Below are positions 49,940-62,777 of a DNA stretch of 64,000 bases, piece after piece. Numbering within the stretch: position 1 is the stretch's first letter; each line of letters opens with the position of its first letter. A program made the translations under genes and the position numbers. This DNA comes from Mustelus asterias. Lineage: Eukaryota. Below the pieces are notes generated by a model that saw only the letters and a list, made by a program, of their open reading frames with translations, searched no databases and was not told the origin of the DNA. The stretch spans positions 59,954,001-60,018,000 of the forward strand of contig NC_135804.1 in NCBI RefSeq assembly GCF_964213995.1. The letters run 5' to 3'.

Positions 49940-51310
49940 CTGTTTGTAATATATATAAATGATGTGGAGGAAAATGTAACTGGTTTGATTAGTAAGTTTG
50001 CGGACGACACAAAGGTTGGTGGATTTGCGGATAGCGATGAGGACCATCAGAGGATACAGCAGGATATAGATCGTTTGGAGACTTGGGCGGAGAGATGGCA
50101 GACGGGGTTTAATCCGGACAAATGTGAGGTCATGAATTTTGGAAGGTCTAATACAGATAGGAAATATACAGTAAATGGCAGAACCCTTAAGAGTGTTGAT
50201 AGCCAAAGGGATCTGGGTGTACAGGTGCACAGGTCACTGAAAGTGGCAATGCAGATGGAGAAGGTAGTCAAGAAGGCATACGGGCATGCTTGCCTTCATT
50301 GGCCGGGGCATTGAGTTTAAAAATTGGCAAGTCATGTTGCAGCTTTATAGAGCCTTAGTTAGGCCGCACTTGGAATATAGTGTTCAATTCTGGTCGCCAC
50401 ACTACCAGAAGGATGTGGAGGCTTTGGAGAGGGTACAGAAATGATTTACCAAGATGTTGCCTGGTATGGAGGGCATTAGCTATGAGGAGAGGTTGGAGAA
50501 ACCTGGTTTGTTCTCACTGGAACGACGGAGGTTGAGGGGTGACCTGATAGAAGTCTACAAGATTATGAGAGGCATGGACAGACTGGATAGTCAGAAGCTT
50601 TTTCCCAGGGTGGAAGAGTCAATTACTAGGAGGCACAGGTTTAAGGTGCAAGGGGCAAGGTTTAAAGGAGATGTACGAGGCAGATTTTTTACACAGAGAG
50701 TGGTGGGTGCCTGGAACCCGTTGTCGGGGGACGTAGTGGAAGCGGTTACAGTAGTGACTTTTAAGGGGCGTCTTGACAAATACATGAATAGAACAAAGAA
50801 CAAAGAACAATACAGCACAGGAACAGGCCCTTCGGCCCTCCAAGCCCACGCCGCTCCCCGGTCCAGGATTGAATCCTGAATCCAGGATCCCCGCCCAATT
50901 TTCCAAGCTATCTACATCCTAATATCCTATCCACCGAGCTGTCCCTCACAGCTACGATGCTTTGTTCATCACAACCTATTAACTCACCCACACCCCCCCA
51001 TTCCAGACCATGTGATCTCCAGGGAGAGGCGAAAACCCAGAGTGAAAACCCCAGGGCCAATATGGGGAAAAAAAAATCTGGGAAATTCCTCTCCGACCCC
51101 CTGAAGCGATCGAAACAAGTCCAGGAGATCACACTGGCCCTGATCAGAAAATGCTTCCCAACCCTATTCATTTCCACAAATGGAATAGGATGGGAATAGC
51201 GGGATATGGTCCCCGCATGGGTAAGGGGTTTTAGTTAAGTCGAGCAGCATGGTCGGTGCAGGCTTGGAGGGCCGAAGGCCTGTTCCTGAGCTGTAATTTT
51301 ATTTGTTCAA
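49940..51310 (+). mobile_element. CR1 LINE 3' part with an opposite-strand CR1 3' end nested at ~50788-51180
   Basis: [34 protein letters not shown]. Nested (gaacaaa)n reverse tail. Confidence 0.92.
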
Positions 51311-53003
51311 GTCACTGTCACTTTCTAAACCGCACTGTCGCTACGAATGGAAAAGTGTAAATCTTTCGTCTATTGACAATTAATTATTTAATCTATTTCC
51401 ATATATGACTGAAAGCATTTTCCTGCATTCAGTGTCCATTCTTGTTCTGCTGATTATTGCACAATATTTAGAAAAGTGGTGTTTAAATCACCCACACGTA
51501 ATTGAATTTTTTCACATCTAAAAATACTGATCCCATTGATTCACCAATTGCACCTTCTGCATATTGTCCAAAACCAATCAATAATGCCAACTGTAAGCAA
51601 ATTCTTCATAATTCTGCACACTTTGTGAGGAATGCTACTCATTAAGGTGATTCCTATCATCCTACTGTATATCATAGATTTGCAGATGGGTGTGATGAAG
51701 GAAGAGATTTGCAAAATAAAAGAAGACATTGCAACATCTTGTCATCCAATTTTATTGATAGAGATAGCATATCCTCATTTGTAAACACACAGGCAAGTGA
51801 CTTCCATCATAATTCCCTGCAGCCGGACAGAATTTTTCTTTTAGGATATAGGCATCGCTGACCAGGCCAGCATGTGTTGTCCACAAGGGTGACTTGCTAG
51901 ACCACTTCAGAGGGCAGGTAAATGTCAACCACATTGCTCTGTGTCTGATGTCACGTGTAGGCCAGGCATGGGATACACGGCACATTTCCTTCTCTAGAGG
52001 GCATTACGGAACCGGGTTGGGTTTTTTTAAACGACAATTCTTTCATGTGGTCATTCAACTTATCAATTCCAGACGTTTTCAATCGAATTCAAATTTCGCT
52101 ATTGGCCTTAGTGGGATTCGAGTCCTCAGGCATTACTGAGGGTCCTTAGATTCAGAATCCAATGGGCAGTGTCCTCCCCGAATCCAAACGCCAGATCTGT
52201 ATAATAAAATGGACCGGGAAATAACAATATATGGAAAAGTATTTCCCGCGACATCAGTGAAGGAATATAAAAGAACTCTTTTGAGAAGTCTACATTCCCT
52301 TTAAGGCAGGCACTAATTATTATTCTAAAACTGTCTGAAAAGGTTATACCTACAGAAGAAGCAAATACACAGATTCGTATATACATGGCAAACATAAGTG
52401 GCTGTGGATGCTTATTGACAAAGTAGCCAACTTCGAATGCTAGTGGGAGAATATGCTGGCTCCCTGCCTCGAGACAGATCTCTAGATTCGTTTTTCGTCT
52501 ACAAAGAAACAACTGTGTACAATGAGAGTGTAAAAACGCAATCAAAACGCCAAATTGATCCGCAGTAGTGCCCAGATTAATGTTTTACTGCAGAATAATC
52601 CCAGGAGGATGGCGTGCTCGCTGCACCCCAACATTGGCTGTAGACAGTGCAATCTGTCCATGATACCTTCCTGGGATCGGGGAGACTTCTAACATTCAAA
52701 GTAGGGACACGCAGGTGAAGAATGAATGAGGTTGGGAACAAAATTCCAGCTAGCACCCTGATAAGGACATTGTGAATAAATACTTTGAAGACAGCAGGAG
52801 CAAAAACGTAGTTGGAGAAGCATCACTAAATATTGGCACAGACGTCTGGGTTTCGAAATCTAATTAAGGGACATGCCTCATTAGCTCAGCTCTGCTGCAG
52901 GAGAATACATGTATCTGTTAAATGCAACACCATGAATATGAGCTATCCTTGCATACGAATGGTTATAATGCCTCGAGATTGAGGGTGATTGCAGAAAAAT
53001 ACA

Positions 53004-53065
53004 ATGTTTTCATTAAAGGAAGATTGTTTTTTTGATATTTTTGCTTGGAGCCTTGCATTACACAG
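53004..53065 (+). pseudogene. Possible decayed leader (signal peptide) exon
   Basis: ATG TTT TCA TTA, then with a 1-nt shift RKIVFLIFLLGALHYT+G, ending at a non-canonical G|gcggagt in phase 1. Confidence 0.3.
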
Positions 53066-53524
53066 GCGGAGTGGATTAGAGAGAAACCGCCAAAACATAG
53101 GAACTTCAACAACTACGACAGGGCCACCAGTTGAGGACCAAATCAAATTGGGGATGGTGCAAATGTCAGAATTGAATGGGCTGAAGTGCCTCAGAGGCTC
53201 ATATGGTGAAAAATAACAAAGGCCTTCCTGAAATTAAAACATCGTATGCTGCTGCAATTAGTGTTGTAATATATAGCTACATTCCAATTGCTGCACTGAA
53301 AAATAAAGGCAGAAAGCGGAGCGAGGTTTGGGGGATTTATAAGCATGGAATAGAATATTAAAATAGCATTGTTTAATCTGAACATTGTTCGTCTGTGAGA
53401 TTGGCATGATGGTTGAACAAGACTTGGCCCCATTTAGGACATACGTAACAGAAATTTCGATGACTGCAAGTTGAAGGAAGCGTGAAAGAGAGAGGCCATC
53501 TGAGAATGCATTGATAGAGTTACA

Positions 53525-54870
53525 TATAGAACATAGAACATTACAGCGCAGTACAGGCCCTTCGGCCCTCGATGTTGCACCGACCAGTGAAACCAATCTA
53601 AAGCCCATCTAACCTACATTATTCCAATATCATCCATATGTTTATCCAATAACCATTTGAATGCTCTTAATGCTGACGAGTCCACTACTGCTGCAGGCAG
53701 GGCATTCCACACCCTTACTACTCTCTGAGTGAAGAACCTACCTCTAACATCTGTCCTATATCTATCACCCCTCAATTTAAAGCTATGTCCCCTCATGTTA
53801 GCCATCACCATCCGAGGAAAAAGGCTCTCACTATCCACCCTATCTAATCCTCTGATCATATTGTAAGCCTCTATTAAGTCACCTCTTAACCTTCTTCTCT
53901 CTAACAAAAACAACCTCAAGCCCCTCAGCCTTTCCTCATACAATTTTCCCACCATACCAGGCAACATCCTGGTAAATCTCCTCTGCACCCTTTCCAACAC
54001 TTCCACATCCTTCCTATAATGCGGCGACCAGAACTGTACGCAATACTCCAAGTGCGGCCGCACCAGAGTTTTGTACAGTTGCAGCATGACCTCATGGCTC
54101 TGAAACGCAATCCCTCTACCAATGAAAGCTAACACACCGTACGCCTTTTTAACAACCCTATCAACCTGGGTGCCAACTTTCAGGGATCTATGCACATGGA
54201 CACCCAGATCCCTCTGTTCATCCACACAACCAAGTATCTTACCATTAGCCTAGTTCTCTGTATTCCTGCTACTCCTTCCAAAGTGAATCACTTCGCACTT
54301 TTCCGCATTAAACTCCATTTGCCACCTCTCAGCCCAGCTCTGCAGCTTATCTATGTCCCTCTGTAACTTGCCACTTCCCTCCACACTGTCTACAACTCCA
54401 CCAACTTTAGTGTCATCCGCAAATTTACTAACCCATCCTTCTATGCCCTCATCCAGGTCATTAATAAAAATGACAAACAGCAGTGGCCCTAAAACAGATC
54501 CTTGCGGTACACCACTAGTAACTGAACTCCAGGATGAATATTTCCCATCAACCACCACCCTCTGTTTTCTTCCAGCTAGCCAATTCCTGATCCAAACCAC
54601 TAAATCACCCTCAATCCCATGTGTCCATATTTTCTGCAAAAGCTTACCATGGGGAACCTTATCAAACGCTTTGCTGAAATCCATATACACCACATGAACC
54701 GCTTTACCCTCATCCACCTCTTTGGTCACCTTCTCAAAGAACTCAATAAGGTTTGTGAGGCACGACCTACCCTTCACAAAACCCTGCTGACTATCCCTAA
54801 TCAAATTATTCCTTTCCACGTGATTATCAATCCTATCTCTTATATTCCTTTCCAATACTTTGCCCACAAT
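53525..54870 (-). mobile_element. CR1 LINE ORF2 3' half
   Basis: ORFs 54250-54978 and 53614-54225: [42 protein letters not shown]. (catagaa)n reverse tail. Confidence 0.95.
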
Positions 54871-56149
54871 AGTGGCAACAAAGACATGGACGAGGATTTG
54901 TAAGGAACTCAGTAGTTGGAGCAGTAGTTGAGGTGGGCAGTATCCCGATGTAGAAATAGATGGCCTTATTGGCGGCATGGACTTCTGGTTGGAAGGTTAT
55001 TTCACGGTCAAATATGTGAACAAGTCTGCAAACATTTCTGATCATCACTAGACATTTGCCAGCGAAGACACATTCGGGGGGGGGGGGCGGGGCGGAGAGT
55101 GGGGGTGAATGTCGTAGTGTAGACCAAATACGAACGGTTTGGACTCCTAATATCTAGGTGCAGGACTTTGTCTTGTCCAGAACTGGAGGTTGTACATTCA
55201 TTGTGACAATTTACATATGGGAACGCATTGACAGAGGCAGTGATGAGGTACAGCTGTGTATCATCACCCTATGTGTAAAACCTGACACCGTACTTGGATG
55301 AGATCTCAGAGGGTAAGTATATAGATGAGAAAAAGGACGAGTGGAGTATAGTTTCTTTGGCAGACAATAGCTGACCTACCCGAACGAGGAGAGAAACCCC
55401 CATCGTTTATTATTCACTGCTTTGGAATCAATAATTGAAGAAGGTAAGCAGGCAACTCCAGACTCACCCAATTCGGCCATGGTGAGAGGCACCGAAGAAG
55501 AACGATATCGTCAGCTGCATCAATGACTACTAACAAGTTGCGTATGTGCAGCAGTTTCGCATCAGGGTGCCGTTGATCCGTAGAACAGGTCAAGATCACC
55601 GTGAAGCTGACCGAATGGTATGTGAGGCAGAGAAAAAAATCAGATCGTGAAATTATAGGGTTGTCTTGTGCCCAAAAAGGGGCGTGCCTTCCTTCCGTGT
55701 GCTCCTGTCTCACCTGTCCTGAGAGAGCAAGGTCGGACGAGTCAGAAGCTTTCGAATTACAACGAAGGTTATTCCCTCCGGAGTGGCAATCCGCAGCTGA
55801 TTGACACTCCAAGAGGATACCTGCCACAGACAGAAGGTTTCTGCTTCTCAGAGCAAATAACGCTGTCCTGACCATGAACGAATACATCAAACTGAAGCTA
55901 CTTACATACTACGCGTGCAGCCACACACATGTGGGTATGTGCAGATTTATAAGTCCATTCATCTGCAAATATGCCGCAGCTGCACTTTTGCGAAAAAAAA
56001 TCTTAAACCATTCACACATGTTATCCCGCTTTTAATTTAAAAGCCTTGCAAGCATTCCAGTTTAATGAGATAAGCAAGGACATCATTCAACTACTTTATT
56101 TAATACTTATGATACCAATTCAACCATAAACAGTTGCAACTTATTATCT

Positions 56150-56292
56150 CTTTTACTGAATTTTAACACTTAACTGAACTTCAACTTTCAACTGAACTTG
56201 AACTCTTAACTGAACCAACTCTCAGCTGAGCTTTAACTCTCAACTGTACATTAACTTTAACTGAACATTAACTTTAATTATTCAACTGAAAT
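56150..56292. repeat. Degenerate AACT(G/T)-based minisatellite
   Basis: Repeated ttaactg, aactt and caactg units. Confidence 0.75.
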
Positions 56293-56841
56293 TAGATACT
56301 GCCGAGTTTAAGAAAAACCTAAGCCAAGAAATACCCTTGATGCAGAATCTATATTCTTCTCTGAAGCATCTTTCAGGGTACATGTCACCGATCCCAGACA
56401 CGATAAGCTTGCTGTAGTATTCTGTCCACTTGAGGTTCTTTCATTTCTCTAGGCATAGTTCCAAGGCACGAGAAGTGACTGAAGGGGTACGGCTACTCCT
56501 AATTTACCAATCAGTCCCACTAAGTCAGGTTATACAGAGAACGCGATGAACACCCACCTTTACTCCAAGACTTAGGTTTTAGCCTTACCGCAGGGTCGAC
56601 AACAGCGTTTCCCCCTCCCTTTAATGAGCCTTACTTCAAAATCTCACTTCTAGATTAACAATGGCAGGAAGACAGACACTTAGCCCGGAACAATGCTCAT
56701 GCTAAAAGATTAGTCCCTACTCCCCCTACACTTGGTATATCAGGAACGCGGATCAGACCACACCCACCCCCACCTCCCCCCACAATACTACTGAAAGATA
56801 GGTCTTTAATCCCCTCTTACGAACGTCTATTGGGTTACCAC

Positions 56842-57063
56842 TGTGGTGAACCACTGTAATACTGTCTGTTTATGGGATATGCCTGGGCATGCCCCTGCTG
56901 TCTCAATCCGGGGCTCCGCCCTCCTCGGGGTATAAAGGTGGCTGCTCTCTGCCCCTTTTGCCTCAGTTCGGGTTAGCCATCGGTTTGGGAGTGCTTCTGT
57001 TCTTGTTAATAAAAGCCTGTTGTTTCACAACATCTAGTTTTTGCGTAAATCAATGGTGCATCA
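56842..57063 (+). mobile_element. 5' LTR of a Ty3/Gypsy element
   Basis: TGTGGTGAACCA...TGGTGCATCA, TATAAA at 56931, AATAAA at 57008. Confidence 0.8.
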
Positions 57064-57086
57064 ATTTTATTAACAACATTTTTGAA

Positions 57087-59925
57087 ATGGAGCAACTCCT
57101 GAAACCTGACAAATTGGATTTGGATCCGCAGGCAGTTGGCGCCTCTAACTCTTTTGATCACTGGCTGCGCTGTTTTGAGACCTTCATCGCCTCCTCCTCC
57201 TCCATCGTTGTAACAGACATCGACAAACTGCATGTGCTCCACGCCCACGTCAGCGCTCACGTCTTCGCGCTGATCCGAGACGCAGAGACTTACCAGGAGG
57301 CAATCGATCTCCTCAAGAGCCAGTACAACCAGCAGCCGAACGAGGTCTACGCCAGACACCTGCTGGCCACTCGCAGATAGCAGCCCGGGGAATCGACTGA
57401 GCAATTCCTGCGCGAACTGTGTGCACTCGGCAGAGCCTGCAACTGCAAGTCCGTTTCAGCCAAAACGCCGACGACCTGATCAGAGATGCCTTTGTCGCGG
57501 GCATCAGGTCGACCTATATTCGGCAGCGCCTGCTGGAACAAGGTGGGCCGGACCTGAAGAAAACTGTGGAACTTGCCGGCTCACTGGAGGTAGCATTCCA
57601 GAACCTCGAGGCCTACACCCCCGACCACGAGGGCACACCGTGGACACCGTGAACACAGCCATCGCTGTACCGGGAGGGCCGCAAACCTACGCCACACTCT
57701 GTCCCGAAGCCGAACTGACCACTGCGGCAGTCCCCGGAGGCCCGAGGTGCTACTTCTGCGGCCTGGAGAAGCACCCACGCCGACGCTGCCTGGCGAAAGA
57801 CGCGATCTGCTCTGGCTGCAATAAGAAGGATCATTACCTGAAAGTTTGCAGGGCAAAATCAGCCCCCAGGCCCAGCAGCGCCGCATGCGATCCGCGGGAG
57901 GCACTGCCTTTGACGCCATCGACCGGATGCGATCCGCGGGTGCCGCTATATTGGATCGGCAGTGGCCGCGTGTGACCCACGGAGGCTGCCATCTTGGATG
58001 CCATCAGCCACGTGCGACCCATGGGAGCCGCCATCTTGAGTGACGTCAGCCGAGTCATGGGGGCCGCCATTTTGGGAACCATCCACCGCATCGCCTAACC
58101 CGACAGTGGCCTCGGTCGCGTTGGACCAGTCCAGGCCTCACCAGCTCACCTGGTCGATGATGGACATCAAGGTAAACGGCCACACGACTAACTGCTTATT
58201 TGACAGTGGGAGTACGGAGAGTTTCATCCACCCTAACACGGTGAGGTGCTACGCACTGCCAGTACTGCCAATGCAGCAATCAATCTCTATGGCTTCGACA
58301 TCCCGGTCAGTGAATGTCCTCAGGTACTGTGTAGCAAATCTGACTGTACGGGGTACGGTGTACAACAAGTGCAGGCTCCTCGTGCTGCCACAGCTCTGCG
58401 CTGCCGTACTGCTGGGGCTAGATTTCATGTGCCACCGTGGGAGTGTTACTATGGTGTATAATGGGCCTTTTCCCCCAATCTCTGTCCAAAATCCACAGCT
58501 AACAGACCAGCCACCGTGCACCACCTGTGGTCTCTCGACCCTCAAAGTCGCCCCTCCCTCGCTCTTTGAGCACCTCACCCCCGACTGCAAGCCCATTGCC
58601 ACCAAAAGCAGACGGTACAGCGCTGGAGATAGAGCGTACATCAAGTCCGAGGTGCGATGCCTCCTGGGGGAGGGGATCATTGAGGCCAGTACCAGTCCCT
58701 GAAGGACCCAAGTGGTGGTTGTCAAGACTGGGGAGAAACTTCGCATGGTCATTGACTACAGTCAGACCGTCAACCGATACACTCAGCTGGATGCGTATCC
58801 CCTTCCCTGCGTATCTGACATGGTCAATCAGATTGCACAATATCGGGTGTTCTCCACCATTGATTTGAAGTCTGCATACCACCAGCTCCCTATCCGCCTG
58901 GAAGACCGCCAATACACTGCCTTCGAGGTGGATGGCCGTCTCTACCTCTTTCTTCGGGTCCCCTTCGGCGTCACCAACGGGGTCTCGGTTTTCCAGCGTG
59001 AGATGGACCAAATGGTGGACCAGAACGGGTTGCGGGCCACCTGCCCGTACCTGGATAACGTCACCATCTGCAGCCACGATCAGCAGGACCACGACGCCAA
59101 CCTCCAAAAATTCCTCCACTCTGCGGCACTCCTCAATCTGACCTATAATAAGGAGAAGTGTGTATTCCGCATGCGCCGCCTCGCCATCCTTGGTTGTGTT
59201 GTGGAGAACGGGGTCATCGGCGCCGACCCTGACCGCATGCATCCCCTCTTGGAACTTCCCCTCCCCGCCACCCTCAAAGCGCTGAGGAGATGCCTAGGCT
59301 TCTTCTCATACTACGCCCAGTGGGTCCCCAATTATGCGGACAAAGCCCATCCGCTCATCAAATCCACATCTTTTCCCCTAGCGGTGGAGGCTCGGCTGGC
59401 CTTTGACCGCATCAAAGCGGATATCGCGAAGGCCACGATGCACGCCGTAGACGAATCCACCCCATTCTAGGTGGAGAGCAATGCGTCTGATTTTGCCCTA
59501 GCCGCCACTCTTAACCAGGCGGGCAGACCCGTGGCCTTCTTCTCGTGCACCCTCCCGGGCCCTGAAATTTGACACTCCTCTGTTGAAAAAGAGGCACAAG
59601 CCATCGTGGAGGCTGTGCGGCACTGGCGCCACTACTTAGCTGGCAAACGGTTCACCCTGCTCACGGACCAATGGTCCGTTGCCTTTATGTTCAGTAACGG
59701 GCAGCAGGGCAAAATCAAGAACGATAAGATTTTGAGGTGGAGGATCAAGCTCTCCACCTACAATTATGACATTTTATACCGCCCTGGGAAGCTCAATGAG
59801 CCCCCAGATGCCCTGTCCCGGGGGACCTGGGCCAGCGTGAACGTAGACCGGTTACAGACCCTCCACGATGACCTCTGCCACCCGGGGGTTATCAGGTTCT
59901 TCCATTTCATCAAGGCCCGGAACCT
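57087..59925 (+). mobile_element. Ty3/Gypsy gag-pol (gag, CCHC, protease, RT, RNase H), disrupted and truncated at the start of integrase
   Basis: MEQLLKPDKLDLDP, CSGCNKKDHYLKVC, LFDSGST, IDLKSAYHQ, VPFGVTN, YLDN, EAVRHWRHYL, TDQ, PDALSR, LHDDLCHPG. In-frame stops at 57378, 58700 and 59468. Confidence 0.93.
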
Positions 59926-60854
59926 GGGGAGGGAGAAATTGTTTGACAGGCTGACAACTGAGGGAGCATATTGTTGTGAATAGGGGAGGAGTAGGTTGAT
60001 GGAAAGAGTGCATGGTCACATGAGAAAAGAATATCATTGAATGGGAGCGAGTTGAGGAAAGTGCAGTGGAGAATTGTTATAAGAATTGAGAAGAGAGGCA
60101 ATCCAAAATTAAAGGAACCAATTGAAAGGGTGCAACACTGGAACAGAAACTGGACGAAGGACGGTGAAGCAAAGGTGGTGAGAATAGACTATTAGAAAGT
60201 GGAGTTATTGTATTCTGTTTATTTTATTTATTAATGTCATATGTCAGCTTATATTAAGACTGCAGTGAAGTTACTGTGAAAATACCCTGCACATAAACAT
60301 GTGTACATAAACCACAAACCGACAGGGCCTGGGTGTGGTGATTTTTCGGAGCCTCGGTGCAGATTCGAAGGACCGAATGGTCTTTCTGCACTGCAGAGAT
60401 TCTGTGGTTCTAAAGGGTCAGAAATCAGCTCAGGTCTAAACAAGCGCATGTAGAGGAGGTTAATGAAGACACATGAGATTGAATCGGGAGGCCAGAAGCA
60501 GATCAAATTCACAGCACAATATAATTTGTGCACTATTAATACATAATTGGATTGCTGCATACCAGGGTGTGGGTGATAGGAGGATGGACATCTTCTCTGA
60601 GGAAACTCATTGATGGAGTTTCTCCTTTCAAACTGTAATTTGTATTGTCCACAATAGCCTTCAAATACACAGAGTTGATTCTAAGGACAATCTCATCAGA
60701 AGAAACTTTGGGCAAAGGGAAATTCACGGAATGAAAAATACCTACCCTGCACGATCATTGCCCCAAAGACAGAAAATAGAAACACTTCTAACTGAAAATT
60801 GGCAAGCAACTGTTCAGCAACCACTCTCTCCAAACAGGGAAGCAATATCCGGCA

Positions 60855-61166
60855 TGGTGGCACAGTAGGGTGGCATGGTGGCACAGTGGTGCCTCACAGC
60901 ACCAGAGATCTAGGTTTAATTCCCGGCTCGGGTCACTGTCTCCCGTGTCTGCGTGAGTTTCCTCTGGGTGCTCTGATTTCTTCCCACACTGCAAAGATGT
61001 GCGGGTTAGGTTGATTGGCCATGCTAAATTGCCCCTTAGTTCAGGGGACTAGCAGGCTAAATAGGGTTACTGGGATAGGACCTGGTTGGGATTATGGTCG
61101 GTGCAGACTCGATGGAGCAAATGGCCTCCTTCTGCACTGCAGGGATTCTATGATTCTATTCTATGA
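60855..61166 (+). mobile_element. HE1/V-SINE with a duplicated head
   Basis: ggcatggtggcacagt occurs twice, followed by the core and a (ttcta) tail. Confidence 0.85.
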
Positions 61167-61821
61167 TCCTGCTGAAAGGGATGGAGCGGACAGCAGATAT
61201 ACATCAGGAGCTGGAACCTGACGATAATCCCTGAGGCAAAGAGCGACAGAATACGGCTTTGGGTGAATTCAGGCTCAGCAGTACAATCTTTTTTGTTGGA
61301 AACAGTAGTACATACAGAACCTGTGCACTCCGCCCTCGTGTGGCGAAGATTGCAAAATGCACACCTCGTGGCAGGACCCCATGTGGAAGGTAAATACGGA
61401 TTCTAAGAGGACAACAAATATGTTCAACCAAGGCAGAGGGAAACGCTGAGTCCAGAAGATATCACTTGTTCATTTGACTTCCTTCTGTGCTGAATTTTTC
61501 CACCAATTTATTGGTGTAACTATTGAACAAGGCGATCTGGCTAACAAGCAACTAGTGATTCAATATTACGTTATAAATGTTACTGATAAATTGCAAGATT
61601 CCAGGTCGAAAGCAATTTAGTTGATCGTTTCAAGTACTGACACCCAAAATAATTATTCACTTTTGCCCGAATCATCGAGGATGTCAAAACTCAGTGTTCC
61701 TCCACTCAGGGTTGTACACATGACATAAGTTATACATTAGGTGGGGAGGGGGAAAAGGTGATTGAGAAGGGTGGGGGGATCTTCATGGACCCCCCCGCCA
61801 CCCCCCCCCCCCTCCCCCAAC

Positions 61822-62490
61822 CATTAGGAACATCCACCCTGCATCTACCCTGTCTAGTCCTGTTAGAATTTTATAAGTTTCTATGAAATCCCCCCTCATT
61901 CATCGGAACTCCAGCGAAAATAATCCTAATCTAGTCAATCTCTCCTCATACATCAGTCCCGCCATCCCCAGAATCAGCCTGATAAACCTTCGCTGCAGTC
62001 CCTCGTGAGCAAGAACATCCTTTCTCAGAAAAGGAGACCAAAACTGCACACAATATTCTAGGTGTGGCCTCACCAAGGCCCTGTATAATTGCAACACCAC
62101 ATCCCTGCTCCTATACTTGTAACCTCTCACAATGAAGGCCAACATACCATTTGCCTTTTTTACTACCTGCTACATCTGCATGCTCACTTTCAGCAACTGG
62201 TGCACAAGGACACCCAGATCCCACTGCACACTCAACTCTCCCAATTTACAGCCGTTCAGGTTGTAATCTGCCTTCTTGTTTTTGCTTCCAAAGTGAATAA
62301 CCTCACATTATCCAAATTATGCTGCATCTGCCATTGATTCGCCCACTCACCCAACATGTCCAGATCATGCTGAAGGATTTCTGTATCCTCGTCACAGTTC
62401 ACCCTCCCACCCAACTTGATGTCATCTGCAAACTTTGAGATGTTACATTTTGTTCCCTCATCCAAATCATTAATATATATTGTGAATATA
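61822..62490 (-). mobile_element. CR1 LINE fragment
   Basis: FTIYINDLDEG..SKFADDIK, LYRALVRPHLEYCVQFWSP. Confidence 0.9.
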
Positions 62491-62777
62491 TTGTGATTGT
62501 ACATCTTGTAGATGGTGCACAATGGTGCCACTGTACATTGGTGTTGGAGGGAATGAATGTTGAATGTGGTGGATAGGGTGCCAATCAAATGGGCTGGATA
62601 ATATAGAGCTTCTTAAGTGTTGTTGGAGCTGCATTTATGCAGGCAAGTGGAGAGTATTACACTACACTCATGGCTTGGCTTGTGGATGATGGAAAGGCAC
62701 TGGGGAGTCAGGAGGTGAGTTATTCATCACTGAATTCCTAGCCTCTGACTTGCTCTGGTAGTCATGGTATTTGTTTA

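Noticed and set aside
55414-55890. 158-aa minus-strand ORF (and the 139-aa ORF at 52126-52545)
   Set aside because: No recognisable domain or consistent splice signals. Likely chance ORFs.
60740-60830. Minus-strand hydrophobic stretch LEVFLFSVFGAMIVQG|gtaggt as a leader exon
   Set aside because: The donor is good, but there is no suitably placed ATG and no downstream exons were recognised.
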